NCBI GenBank assembly: GCA_013239625.1
Contig: MU053431.1
Span: 496,001-560,000 of the forward strand
Source: Lama guanicoe
Taxonomy: Eukaryota
Length of the DNA stretch: 64,000 nucleotides
Direction of reading: 5' to 3'
A program made the position numbers and the translations under genes. The notes under the pieces were generated by a model, which was not told where the DNA came from, did no database searches, and saw only the letters and a list, made by a program, of their open reading frames with translations. Positions 1 through 11,695 of this stretch are shown here, piece after piece (position 1 is the stretch's first letter; each line of letters starts with the position of its first letter).

Positions 1-14
1 TCAAGCGTGTTTAC

Positions 15-250
15 CTTAACGTCTGGAACATAGTTCCAACGATTGATTTGCTGTGTTTATCTGATCATTTCACCTCCACCCGTGGACCCGTCCTGGGGCT
101 GGAATTTGCTTCTTTTCGTCTTCCTTGGCTTTGCATGCTGGCTCGACTGGACCGCTCTCTGAGCGTTTGGATCGTACGCTGCGGCGCCCGCTACCACCCT
201 CTCCATGAGGTGCATCGTGGTTTGTGCGGTTCTGCGAGGCGAGCAGACGC
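15..250 (-). other. Putative first exon of a divergent - strand transcript (5' boundary unknown)
   Basis: - strand donor AAG|GTAAAC (exon ends at 15); ATG at 31-29 with A at -3 would read MFQTL into the donor. Could be chance. Confidence 0.3.
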
Positions 251-900
251 GGTCAGGCTCGGGCCTTCTGTCGGGGCGGCCGCGGCGCGTGTTCAGCGTT
301 GGAAGCCTCCGCGGGGAGGTGCCGGCCGCCTCCCGCGCGCCCGGGGCTGGTCTGGGGCGCGGGTGGCCGGTGTGGCGGCCGAGCTCTCCGCCTGCCGCTT
401 CGGGGGTGTCGCTGCGCTGCGCTGCGCTGCCGGCGGGTGAGCCCGACACAGCGGCTTCTGCCGGAGCTCGAGGGCGCCCTGCTCCGGGCCTCTCTCCCCA
501 AGGGTCCGCCTGCGCTCGCCAGCCTCCCGGGGCCCTGTCCCCAGTTCTCTGCTGAGGACAGCGGGGATCTTTGAGCCTTTCTAACGCCCCCCGTTGCCGA
601 CACCCAGTTCCACGGCCACGGCTGCGCCTGAGGCAGCGCCGGGAGAGAAAGAGGAGAAGAGGAGAAGCGGGTCGCTCCCGCCCAGCCTGTCCTCCGGCGG
701 CGCGGCGGCGGGGCCCCAGAAGGGCGGAGGCGCCCTCTGCGCGGGTCGCTTTTCGCATTTTACCCTCCCCCGCGCCTCACTGCGCCTGTTCTTGGGCACG
801 TTTGAGACCCTCCCAGAGCAGCTGTTCTGGTGCTTTTCCTGGAGCGTTGAACTGGAGCCGTGAGGGCGGCTGCGGTGTGGGTTTAGTCTGTGAACCGCTT
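130..900. promoter_or_regulatory. CpG island / probable gene promoter
   Basis: Very high GC and dense CpG, GC-box-like GGGCGG motifs, a (CGCTG)4 run at 410-429, no recognisable TE; composition drops sharply after ~900. Confidence 0.85.
367..436 (+). other. Putative non-coding first exon of a + strand gene (5' boundary unknown)
   Basis: Consensus-like donor CGG|GTGAGC at 436/437 inside the CpG island; no ATG in 367-436; followed by long intron-like sequence. The start coordinate is a guess. Confidence 0.5.
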
Positions 901-3584
901 GCCTTCCCAGCTCGGGTCTGAAAGTACAATACAGTCACTTAAACACCCCAAGACCTATACGGTTAGTGGGCCAGTGAGCTGCTCCCAGGGCGAAAAGTGA
1001 TGCAGAGAATTTGGTAAATGCGGTTGGGTAAGAGCTGAATTTTTAATGAAACTGTGAAAGAGCCATGAGCTGGCGCTCCCTGTTCTGAGGGATGAGCACA
1101 CCTGATCGTGCGGGTTCAGGAACCCAGGGGAAGTCTCCAGTCCTAATGTGTCTTCAGGGACGATCTCCTGGTCACCAGGCATCCCACTGGGTCTTGGTGT
1201 GACCCGTATTAAAGCGAGGATACACACTTGATATGTGAGGCAGTGCTTGCACACTGACAAAGTACCACTCAGTTTAAAATATCTTTTCAAAGTGACAAGA
1301 CTGCCCTGAGGACATGTAAAAACTAATGTTATAAGGAAGCATAGTAAATCTGGAAAGGTAAAGAAGGTTGCTGGCGTTTGGGCTGGAAAGTGTGTGCCGC
1401 CAAGCCCCGTTTTTAGGATGCTTAATTGCTGGCAACGGATCAATTACTGCTGGATATAACCGCGCATGCGTGCGCACACAGACACAGAGTCACTTACAGA
1501 GCCCATTCAGTGCAGACCATTTCTAAATAAAATGTTAATAAAAAGCAGAATTCAGAGGATTGTGCACATAATTATTCCATTCAACAGATAATAAAAAGCA
1601 ATTAACTAACAGAGACAAATAAGCCAATAATGAACAAAGGATCCTGCCTTGCGTCTCCCATTTCAAAGCGAAGGCTGGGAAGATGGAGCGGAAGCAGAGC
1701 AGACCTCGGCGAACCTGGGACCAGAGGGCTCCAGCCGCTCCTTCCCCTGCGAAGCTCCCCAACCCCTCGGCTCAGACCCCGAGCCCCGTAGACAGCTATG
1801 GAAATTGCTGTGCTTTGGAGACCAAAAGAGTAGCAAGTTTAAATGTTTTCTTGGGACACTAGAAACACAAACACACACACATGTACACTACCCACAACTT
1901 AAATAATCATTCCTCAGCAAATATTAAGATGCTGCCAGTTCATGAGAAATAAGCATCTCATCTCCTTTCTGAGATTTCAAGCCTTTATTGACCAAATTGT
2001 TTTAAATAAGGAATATAGTCAAATATATTAGATGAGTTTTGAGAAAATAGAATCCAAGACCTGAAAGGGAGGCTGCCGGCCCTCTTCATCTAGACGCTGG
2101 GAGCCTTTGAGGGAGGAAGGTGCTTTCTGTGTCAGTGCAGGGGGCCCACCAGGAGGCGGCCCCTCGAGCATGCTAGTGACCAGGGTCAAGGGCTGGGCAG
2201 AGAGCTGACGTCCACGGGGAATCAGGTTAGCGCTGCAGCTCCAACCCTCTGCCCTGTAAAGCCTCTTCCTTATGCTGCTCAAAAGAAGAGAAATTATCTA
2301 AGTCTCATTTTCCCCTTTATTCCAACAGCTCATTATTCCAGCAATAAAGTTTCTAAATCACACGTTAGGTGTCTGGTCCGAGGGACTCAGTGACATCCGA
2401 AAGAATCTCTGGGCTCAGGGAACTAACAGGGGAGACAGCTATTAAAAAACCAGTGGACAATGATTACCTAATCAGAGCAACGAGAGTTCTCAGCAAAAGA
2501 ATCCGTAGTGGGAAAGGAGGCCCTCACCAGGGGCCCTCGCCTCGTGCGAGGTCAGGTAGCCTCCCCTGAGGAAGTGAGAGGTCAAGAGCCAAAGATGTGG
2601 GGCCGTGACGTGGTCGGGGGGTGGGGGGACACCGGGCACGGAGCGTGGCTCGCAGCAGGGAAGTGGCCACGAGCGCATAACGGGACCGACGGCTACAAAG
2701 CCTTGGAGGACCATGCTGGGGCTTCAGGGAACATCCGTAAGAAAAATGTTTACCTTTGTATTCATTTATATCAATTAGTTTTTGAAAAATATTGGCTAAC
2801 TTCTATTTTCCAGGCACCACCGTGGGTCCTGTACTGCAGCAGCCCCCAGACATAGGTGGTCCTGCTCTTTGGGGCTTCACGTTCTAGTCTCAAGCTTTCC
2901 GCTGACGGAAGTTTGAGACCAGCAGGTTCCCTGGCCAAGTGGAATCTTAAAAGTAAAAGAAAGCTCTCTGGACGCCTGTGCGCCGCACACCATCAGCTGC
3001 AGCGCTGGCGCCTCACTGTTGGTGTGTCCCCGCTGCCCCCCGCCCTGGCACGGGCCCCCCAACGCAGGTGGCAGCTCCGCTCTCCACCGCGCGCCTCTCC
3101 GCCTGCCTGTGTCCTTGGGGAGTGCGCCTTGTCGTTTTCTCACATCTCCCTTTCTTGCATTATTTACTCAGCCCTGTATTTACAGATCTGTCCGCTTAGC
3201 AGGATGTGCGCCTCATCCTTAATGGGGTCTAGTGCTCCGTGGTATGCGTCCATCCCGTTCCACCTGGCCACCCCGCGTGCGTCCTGTCCGCTGGTTCTGA
3301 GCCTGATCGTGTGACTTGCTTGACTGAGTAACCGGCCGTCAGCAGAACCTGGCGATGCCAGTGCCCCACGGCCCTGCCCACACATGGTACCCCAGAGCTC
3401 CCCATTTCTCCCTAGCGGATGCAGGGCTGCCTCGCTTCCTTTCTCACACGCCTGCTCGCTGGACAGTGTGACGTCCTCGTGGGTCTGGGCGGACGGAACT
3501 CGTCTTCCCTTACTCATCTCAAGCCCGTTGTCCCTTCCCCTGATGGAGCTACTTTTTGTTTCATGGTGTTTTGCAGGAGTGGGT

Positions 3585-4070
3585 TTTTAGTCTATATTTA
3601 AATCTTCTGTGAGTTTTAGGCACTGCAAAAATCTCCTAACTCACTTTTCCATTAACTTTATCTGGATGGTTTCATTCAACAGACAATCCCTCTTTCCTTG
3701 TTTTAGGCAAGAAAGAAACCTCATCTCTCTGTTTCTTTTGTCTTACCTTTGGTTTTAACTTCTGTTTAAAAAGTCCTTTCCTTTCCCCAAGTCGTGAAGA
3801 TACTAACCAACATTCCTTCTATAACTTTATTGTTTACTTTTCATGCTTGGAGCTTTAATCCATCTGAGGTCAATCTTTAATGTGACGGTAGGTAGAGAGC
3901 CCTTTCTCTTTCTCTCTCTCTTTCTTTTTTTCTTGTATTCTTCATAATGTGAGCTACTTCTCTCCACACCATCTCCTGAATCCTTTCCCCACTGATTCAT
4001 GTTGTCACCTTCACTGTGTATTAAGTGTCCACACACACACAGGCCTGTCTCTAATCTCTATGCTTGCTTC
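3585..4070 (-). mobile_element. Old LINE-1 (L1M) ORF2 3' fragment
   Basis: T-rich sequence resembling antisense L1 ORF2 (e.g. ctttaatccatctgaggtcaatctttaatgtgacggtaggtag; caccatctcctgaatcctttcccc). Confidence 0.65.
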
Positions 4071-5059
4071 TGAATATTCCAAACATAGTCTTTGCAGCTT
4101 TCCTTTTTCAGATGTTCAGCTATTTTTCAGCCACTTGCTTAGGTCTTGGACACCGAAGAGCATGTTCTTGTTATGAATGACCTTTGGCCCCGCCCCTTGG
4201 GCAGTTGGACTGTCGCTGGGTGATGGTCAGACCGTTGCTGGGTGAGTGGGCACTGTGGGAGGGGGAGATCCCGGAAGGTGTTCCCACCCGGGAGCTCCTG
4301 CAGTAACTCAGCTCCACGTGCCAGTGCTTGACCCTGTGGCTGTGTTCCGCCAAACCCCAGCCACATGTGTCCCCAAGTCAACCTCCCTGAAGCTAGATCC
4401 CAAAGTGGCCCTTGACCCTGCTCAGGTGTCACCAACAGAGTGGGAAGGATGACAGAGCAAAGTCACGATGGGGAGCAACTGGAGTCTTAACTAACTGTGG
4501 TTAAAAGTCTTTCCTTTGTGCAAATTTTATAAAGTGTACGAGCACATCACTGGGAAGGCGCCCAGGCCGTTAAGGGGCCCTGACGCTGTGTTTAGATTCT
4601 TGGAGCCCTGCCTCTGCCCCCAGTCCACGTGCACACTGGGTTGCCGTGGACCCTGTGCTGTCCTCCCGCGTGGCGGTCTGCTCCCAGGCCCATCGCACAC
4701 TCTGGGCAGCACACACACAGCGGTGGGCGTTCTAAGCACACTTCACCTGCCCCGGGGGTCCCATTCTCTCAGCCCTTCTACGTCACGAGTCATTCTTCTG
4801 GTCTCCATTGCGCTGATCTTCTCAGCACAGGGATAATTCAAGGCTCAGATCACCTCTTCCACTGGGGAGACAGTTCCCTTGGCCCCTAGTGACCGTTCAG
4901 CCAGGCGTCTATGAATACCAGTCTACTGTGATTATTGCTGAAGTTTCATTTCTGCCCTGGGCCTGCCCGCTGACTGTCCATGGAGCCAGAGCCCAGGATC
5001 TTACTCACTTCTTCCCTTGATGACTAAATTGCATTTATAACTTAGTGTGTGCAAAATCG

Positions 5060-6200
5060 GATTCCTGACTTTTTCCCTAAACCTGTTACTCCTATGCTCT
5101 CTCCCACCTTGGGAAACAGAATCCCTTCTTCCAGATGCGAAGGCCCAGAACCTCGGCATCTTCTTGTTGTCTGTCTTCACAGTCCATCAGCAAATCCTGC
5201 CAACCTTCAACCCCCACCCAGGATCCACCCAGTTCTCCCCGTCCCAATGTTAGAATTGTGCTCTGTCTCACAGCCCCTTACCCTGACAGCTGCATCCATC
5301 TCCCCGCTTCCACCCTGATCCCCTGTGCTCTATTTCCAAACCCACAGTGGAGGGACCCCGTTAGGACAAAAGTCAAATCAGTCCTTCCTTTGCTGAGACT
5401 TCCAGGCTCTCCACCAGCCTCAGGGGAAAAGCCAGACACCCCCCCAGGGTCCCACAAGGCTCTGAGCGTCTGACCACATACCCACGCTCTCTGACTCACC
5501 TCCGACCACTCTCACTCTCCCCTGTCGACTGATACTAAATGCACAGCCTAAAAGCTGAGTTATGTTTTATTCGGCAGACAATTCTGAGGGCTCAGCCCAG
5601 GATGACAGCCTCTTGGAACGCTCTGAGGTGCTGCTCCGAAGAGGTAGGGGACGAGCCAGGATATATAGAAGCTTTACAACAAAGACCAGGTAGTCGGAGC
5701 TTCAAAAGATTACTGCTAATGAAAGAAAACCAGGCATCTCAAGTGAAAGAATTTAGCGCTTTTCTGTGCAAGGGAGGGAGCAAAGTTCGGGGCTCATTGG
5801 AGTCATTCCTTTGATCTGCACCTGAGCTGTCCAGGGCCAGGGTCCTGTTCTCCCCCATCCTGAGTCCCTGGGGGGCGCCGCTGGTGGTGGCTGTAGAGGC
5901 CGAGCTGCCTGCTTGTCTGCATCCTGAGTTGGCAGCAGCGGCTGATGACTTGATGGCCACAGCACCCCGGTCTACTGACAGGGCTGGCGGTAGTTTTTCG
6001 TCACATCCCCTCGCCCACTTCCTTGCAGACACTTCTTGGCTCTCTCCCTAGAATGCAAGCTCCAGGAGGAGGGAGGCCAGCATCCTCTAGTGCGTCCGCA
6101 GCGCCCACCCTGCCCTGCGTGTGGCAGACGCTTGGTGATCGTGGTGAAGTGAGTGGGTGGACAGAACGTGATGTAAGCCTGGTGCACGGTCAGCACTCGA
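5060..6200 (+). mobile_element. LINE-2 3' fragment, split by an LTR at 5523-6005
   Basis: L2-like motifs cagtccatcagcaaatcctg, aaagtcaaatcagtccttcctttgctgag and, after the LTR, tagaatgcaagctccagg. Confidence 0.7.
5523..6005 (-). mobile_element. ERV1 solo LTR, MER41-like artiodactyl family
   Basis: TG...CA termini, perfect flanking repeat TCCCC (5518-5522 and 6006-6010), - strand AATAAA (TTTATT 5566-5571) and TATA-like TATATA 5662-5667; resembles remembered MER41_BT/MER41_SS consensus. Confidence 0.85.
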
Positions 6201-7481
6201 TCAATGCGTTTCGTGTTCTTATATTTATTTTCCCACCATCATTGATGAAAAGGAGATTTGGAAAGAGAAAGAAGGGTACTGTTGGCTCTGTAGGGAGCTG
6301 TCTCCCTGCCTTCCTGCCCCCCACACACCGTGAAAATGATACGATGTTAATCACCATTGTGCTTTTTCCACAAAGTCCACGCAGGTGGGCGACACGAAAA
6401 GAAAATCTTGAACTGAGGGCTCCATGGGAGTCAGGCTGTCGCGCCTTAGCAGGCCGCTGACTGGATAACATGTTGGCCCTCAGGCAAATACCCAAACTAA
6501 AACCCTTCAGCAGAAGCCCTGTGCGCCCAGTCCCCTCTTATCTCCAAAGAAGGAATGTTACAATTAGCAGTTCTGAAACTCTTTTACATCTTAGTAACCA
6601 TGCATAAAAATGAATTCAACCAAAACCTAATTTAGAATAATAATAACATGCTTTCCTAACGTTTCCTGCATTAATCATGGTTAAGACAGTTACTATAGCA
6701 GCACTGTTGGAATTTATTGAAAATAACGTGATTCGCTCTGTTGCGTTCTCCTCTGAGAACGCTGCTGTTTGTTTAAGCGAGAGAGGAGGAGCCAGGAACG
6801 CAGCCTGTTTCCTTCTGCTAATTTAAGGCTCAATAGCGGACACAGGCGAAAGTGATAAAGTGCTGGTTGCTCTGACGGGAGGCGGTGGTGACCTCTGATT
6901 TTTATGGTTGGATTAGTTTTAAGTGTTCTTTCAGTCTCATCTTTTTGCTCAAACTCAGGGGAAAAAATATGGGATGAAGGAATTGAGTTGAGGGGGAGGG
7001 AAATACTATACTTTTTTTTGCGGGGGAGGCACCCCCTTCTAGGGGTCAGATGAAGTCAGCCTCACTTCTGTCCCTTGAGATCTTCCAGAGAGCCAAAGCC
7101 AGACATGAAGATCGCAGGGCGGCGTCAAGGGTCAGGCCAGAGAAGGCAACGTCAGAAGTTAGGAGAAGTTTGGAAAAACCTGCACAGCGTCTGGTTATGC
7201 AAGAGCTTCGTCACATATTCAGCCCAAGCGCTTGGCCTCTGGTTCCACTGTGACAACGGCCGGACCCCGCCCCTCTGCCTTCCCGGGGTTTCTAAGCAGC
7301 CAGCCGTTGCAGGTGTTCACGCGGAGCCAGCCAAGTTGCAGATGCTGTGGCCCCACGAGGTAGAACACAGAGGGACGAGCAGGCGGACCGCCCTGGGGTC
7401 AGCTCTCTGCGGCGCTGCAGGCTGGCTGGCTCTCCCCTGGCAAACAGCTTGACTTCTCAGTAGCCCGTTCTTCTACTGTCA

Positions 7482-7694
7482 CAGGGTTCCCCATCGTGGC
7501 GCTGTTGACGTTGGGGGCTGGATGACCCCCTGTTGTGGGGCCATCTGTGCTTGGAGCGGGGCAGTGAGCAGCATCCCTGCCTCTCCCCCCACTGGGTACC
7601 AGCAGCACCCCTGTAGCCCGGACAGCCAAAGATGTGTCCAGACACAGCAGCGTGTCCCCAGGAGGGCAGGCCCTCCCCCAGCTGAGAACCACTG
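7482..7694 (-). mobile_element. MER20 hAT-Charlie DNA transposon, near full length
   Basis: Termini cagggttcccca ... gctgagaaccactg; internal agcagcatccctgcctctccc and aaagatgtgtccagaca match antisense MER20; 213 bp. Confidence 0.85.
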
Positions 7695-8459
7695 AACTGC
7701 TGAATAAAGATAATCAGGGCAGCTTCTTGCTATGAAAACGAAATGAGGCGGGCTGCCCCCTGGACTGTGAGCCCCCGGAGGGCAGGCTGCATGCTGTGGA
7801 CTGAGCGAACCTGGGAAAGTCCCCGGACACAGGGGAAACCCCTGATTTGGTTATTACAAAAGGTCCTCCTTGACCCATTAGAGAAAATTGATTTTTTCCA
7901 CCCCAAATACTTAAACATCAAGATGCCTTAGTTAATAAAATACGGTTTTGTCTCAGAACACTCACCACCGTTTTCACAGTAAATGAGAGAATTTTGGTCC
8001 AGATGCCATGAAGAACTATGTTTTAAGTCAAACTCTCTCAATATAAGCAGGACAGGTCAGGCTTACTCGTTTGTGTCGGATCCATCTGGGTCAGCACCTC
8101 CCGAAAGGGCTCCCTCCGGAAGCCACGTGGGCCCTGACTTTTGTACTCATTTTGGCAGATAGCTCTTTCCACTTTCTTGAACTTCCTTTTTCTTTTTCTT
8201 CCCTTTGTGAGTCCCAGAACAATTTCAAAAACAGAATTTGCATTCTCCAGTTCACTGAAGACATATTTATTTTAGGCTAACCAGTTGGGCACGATTCAAA
8301 TATTGATTGGTCACATGTGAAAACCAAATTAGATTTCTTCTTGGATTCTATTACTGAAAACCCACTGCCTGCGCGGAGTCCAAGTGAGGTTGGGGTTCAG
8401 AACTGCTTTCATGTCAGCTGGGCAAAAATCCATCATGTCAGTGAATGTTTCAAGAATCG

Positions 8460-9314
8460 AATTTTTTATTCTGATGTGGCTATAGAGTCCCACACGGTCG
8501 TAAGGAACAACACGGAAGGTCCCCTGTTCCCTCTGCCCAGGTCCCCGTGCTGTCCTTCCACAGCCGCACCGCCGTCCTGTCTGCCCAGCTCTCCTCGGCC
8601 CCGCGGCCACTACCCTGTTCTCCATTTACATCATTTTTTTTTTTGTCATTTTGAGAAGCTTATGCAAATGGAATCATTCAGTAGGTAAACATTCTGGATT
8701 TTTTTCGCTCATCATTCTCTGGAGTCTCGTCTGTGTCATTAAGGTCAACAGGTTGCTGTTGGTTTTGACCAATGATATTCCATGATGTGGATGCTCCCCA
8801 GTTCAACTGTTCACTCATTAAAGCACAGGTGGGTTTTTTCCCTCAGTTTCTTGACATCGTGAATGAACCTGTTATGAACACTCACCTGCAGGGTTTGTGT
8901 GAACGTAAGCTCTATTTCTCTGGCAGCTACCCCAGTATTTATAGCTTTTTAGCATGTGAGTCACGCACATGCGTTGTTACATTTATACCTGACTATTTAC
9001 TTCAACAACTGCAAGTAGTATTGTAGCTTAATTTTGATTGCTAGTATTGAATTCTGTATTTTCTACAGAAGTAAATTTATTTGTTTTTATATTTATTGCA
9101 AATCCTGCAGCCACAGTGAACTCACCTGTTAGTTTTAGGAGACTTTTTGGTAGATTCCTTTGGGGTTTTCTAAGTAAGCGAGTAAGCACGTCCTCTGCAG
9201 GTGAAGGCAGCTTGATTTCTTTGCTTTATGTATGTGGATACTTTGTTTCCGTTCTTGCCTTACTGCATGGGGCACATCTCCCAGCAGATGTTGAATGAGA
9301 GTGGTGAGAGCACA
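8460..9314 (-). mobile_element. Old LINE-1 (L1M) 3'UTR/ORF2 fragment; continues at 10166-10720
   Basis: Antisense L1 motifs (atgcaaatggaatcattcagtagg; gactttttggtagattcctttggg; atgttgaatgagagtggtgagagc); the collinear L1 sequence resumes at ~10175. Confidence 0.75.
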
Positions 9315-10095
9315 GAGAAATGGAAGGGCACGCTTTGTTCATGGACTGGAAAAACTAACGTTGTTAAAATGTCCTAAGTGTACCACAGATTCAGTGCGAT
9401 CCCAGCAAAGCCTCAGCTACATTTTTCACAGTAATAGAACCCAAAATTCTAAATTTTATATGAAACCATCAAAGACCCCACATAGCCAAAGCAGTCCTGA
9501 GGAAAAAGAGCAAAGCTGGAGGTATTACATCCCTAATCTCAAACGATATTACAGAACTATAGTGATCAAAACACCATGGTGCTGGCAGAAAAACACACAC
9601 ACAGATCAATGGAACAGAAAGAGCCCAGAAATAAACCCACACAGATTTGGTCAATTAATTCGTGACAAAGGAGCAAAAGACACACAGTGGAGAGAGGCTA
9701 GTCTCTTCAATGAATGGTGCTAGGAAAACCGAACAGACACATGCAAAACCTTGAGGGTTTTATGCTAAGAGAATAAGTCAGAGAGAGAAAGTCAAACACG
9801 TCTCATTTCGCTCATATGTGGAATATAAAAATAAGTAGATGAGTAAACAAACAAATAAAAACAAAGACATGCATGTAGAGAACAGGGGAGTGGTTCCCAG
9901 AGGGCAAGGGGCATCGGGGGAGGAGAGGTGGGCAAAGGGGTCCTCTGTGCGGTGACAGGTGAAGGGTGAACGCGGTGGTGAGCAGGCCGTCGTGCAGACG
10001 CACGCTGAACTGCAATACGTGAGATTTACGTAATGTTACAAGCCAGTGTTTCCTCAATAAATAAACAAGTAAGCAAAACGTTAAAATTAAAAGAA
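9315..10095 (+). mobile_element. Younger LINE-1 (ORF2 fragment joined to 3'UTR) nested in an older L1
   Basis: ORF 9295-9723 contains YYRTIVIKTPWCWQKNTHTDQWNR...LIRDKGAKDTQWREASLFNEWC, clearly homologous to L1 ORF2p; L1MA/MB-like 3'UTR and A-rich tail follow. Confidence 0.9.
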
Positions 10096-10165
10096 AGCAG
10101 CCCCCGACATTGCATAAATGAATGAGCTTTGCTTTAAATGAGTTTTATTTACAGACAAAAAAGAG

Positions 10166-10720
10166 GAGAGTGGAGGGAGCAGATGGGTTTACCTCGTTCC
10201 AAATATTAGGTAAAGAGCATGCAGTCTCTTACCATCAATTTGAATGTTTGCTGCAGGGGATTGTTTGTTATTTTGCTGTTGTTGTTAGGTTATCATTTTC
10301 AGGTTGCAGACATCCCTTTATTCCTATTTTTACAGGTTTTTTTTTTATCATGATCAGGTGCCGCATTTTGCCAAGTGCTTTTTCTAAATCAGTTGTTACT
10401 GTCATGTCATTTTCCTCCTTTAGCCCATCGATATGGTAGCTTGCTGTGTTTTTTTCTGTATATATATCTTTTTATTGAAATACAGTTTACAATGTTATAT
10501 CCATTTCTGGTGCACAGCACAAAGCTTCAGTCACACACGAACACACATTTATTCATTTTCATGTTCTTTCTCACCCTAAGTTACTACCAGATACCGAGTG
10601 CAGTTCCCTGCACTCTACAGCGTGAACTTGTTTATCTGTGGCCGATTACTTTGGGTGATTTTTCAAGTGCTGACCGAGTCTGGGTGCCTCCGTGTAACCT
10701 GCTGAGGACAAAGTCCAGGC
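10166..10720 (-). mobile_element. Continuation of the old L1M ORF2, interrupted by a young L1 3' end at 10449-10638
   Basis: Antisense RT-region motifs (cctcgttccaaatattaggtaaag; cattttgccaagtgctttttctaaatc); insert begins with a T-rich tail and tttttattgaaatacagtttacaatgtt. Confidence 0.7.
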
Positions 10721-11249
10721 CCCTCTGCCGCCCTGGGGAGAGGCGCCGCCAGGGGTTTTCTGCGCCCTGTCATTGAGCAGTTCTTTCCGAAACATTCTCC
10801 GTCTTGCTCGGTTCCTCCTTCCTGGTCCTCCGTTGGAGAGGGCGGGCTTTGGGTGAAGCTTTTTGGTTTGCACCTGCTGATCTTTCCAGGTTGCTGGCGT
10901 TTCAAGCGCCCAGTTTGAGGTATGTGTGGCCCCTCAAAGACCTGGAGACTCATTCACAAACACGTCTTCTTCAAGGGCCCTAGGAGGTCTGCCTCTGCGC
11001 TCTACCTTTCAGAGCCTTCTTATTTAGAGATCTATACGTATAAATACAAGTAGGTATACGAGACCTATTATATGTATAAAATAAATAGGCTCTGTCTATC
11101 CGTCTGTGTGTCTCGGGGGCTTTACTAAACTTAGCAGGAGGAGTGGAAGCAGTAAATCTACTCCCATCTTCTCAGAAGCAGAATTCTGACTGCGTTTCAT
11201 CACACTCAGTGAGATGGGCGGCCAAAGGCTAGCTCAGCCTGAGCTTGCA

Positions 11250-11350
11250 AGATAATCAACTCTTCCGAACCTCAGTTTCCACCTCTGTAAAAGGGGCACT
11301 CATAGAACCTCCCTCTTGGAATCCCGCCTAGGAACAGTGCACCTGGTACC
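11250..11350 (+). mobile_element. MIR SINE fragment
   Basis: MIR core aacctcagtttccacctctgtaaaagggg. Confidence 0.7.
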
Positions 11351-11529
11351 AAAAGGTCTGTCCTGTTGGCCGTGATGCACCATGAGCGACGTCCTGCCAA
11401 GAGCAGGAAGCGCCTTCTCTGTGCCGAGCGGGGTGCTGCCCCCAGGCTGGCGCCGGGCTGGTGGGCGGCGACGCTCTGCAGGCGGGGGTGCTCTTAGCTG
11501 GGAGGTCGGCTGTGCTCTTACCGGTCCCG

Positions 11530-11695
11530 CGCAGTCTAGCTGGTGGACTCCATCACAGCCGAGGACGGCAGCCTGAGCACCCCCTGGTCAGAAATGCAGA
11601 ATCTCGAGGGAGACCTGCCGCATCAAAATCCGCGCTTTGACAAGATCCCCAGAGTTTTTCATGCTCTCCCTGCATTTTGAAAAGGGCTGACCTAG
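11530..11695. mobile_element. MER5A-like hAT-Charlie element
   Basis: tcagaaatgcagaatctc...aaaatccgcgctttgacaagatccccag resembles MER5A. Confidence 0.7.

Noticed and set aside
48..921. Overlapping 70-233 aa ORFs on both strands of the CpG island
   Set aside because: Arg/Gly/Pro/Ala-rich, open in many frames, no recognisable domain; expected from stop-codon scarcity in very GC-rich DNA.
9295..9723. 142 aa ORF with clear protein homology
   Set aside because: Frameshifted, truncated L1 ORF2 remnant, not a host gene.
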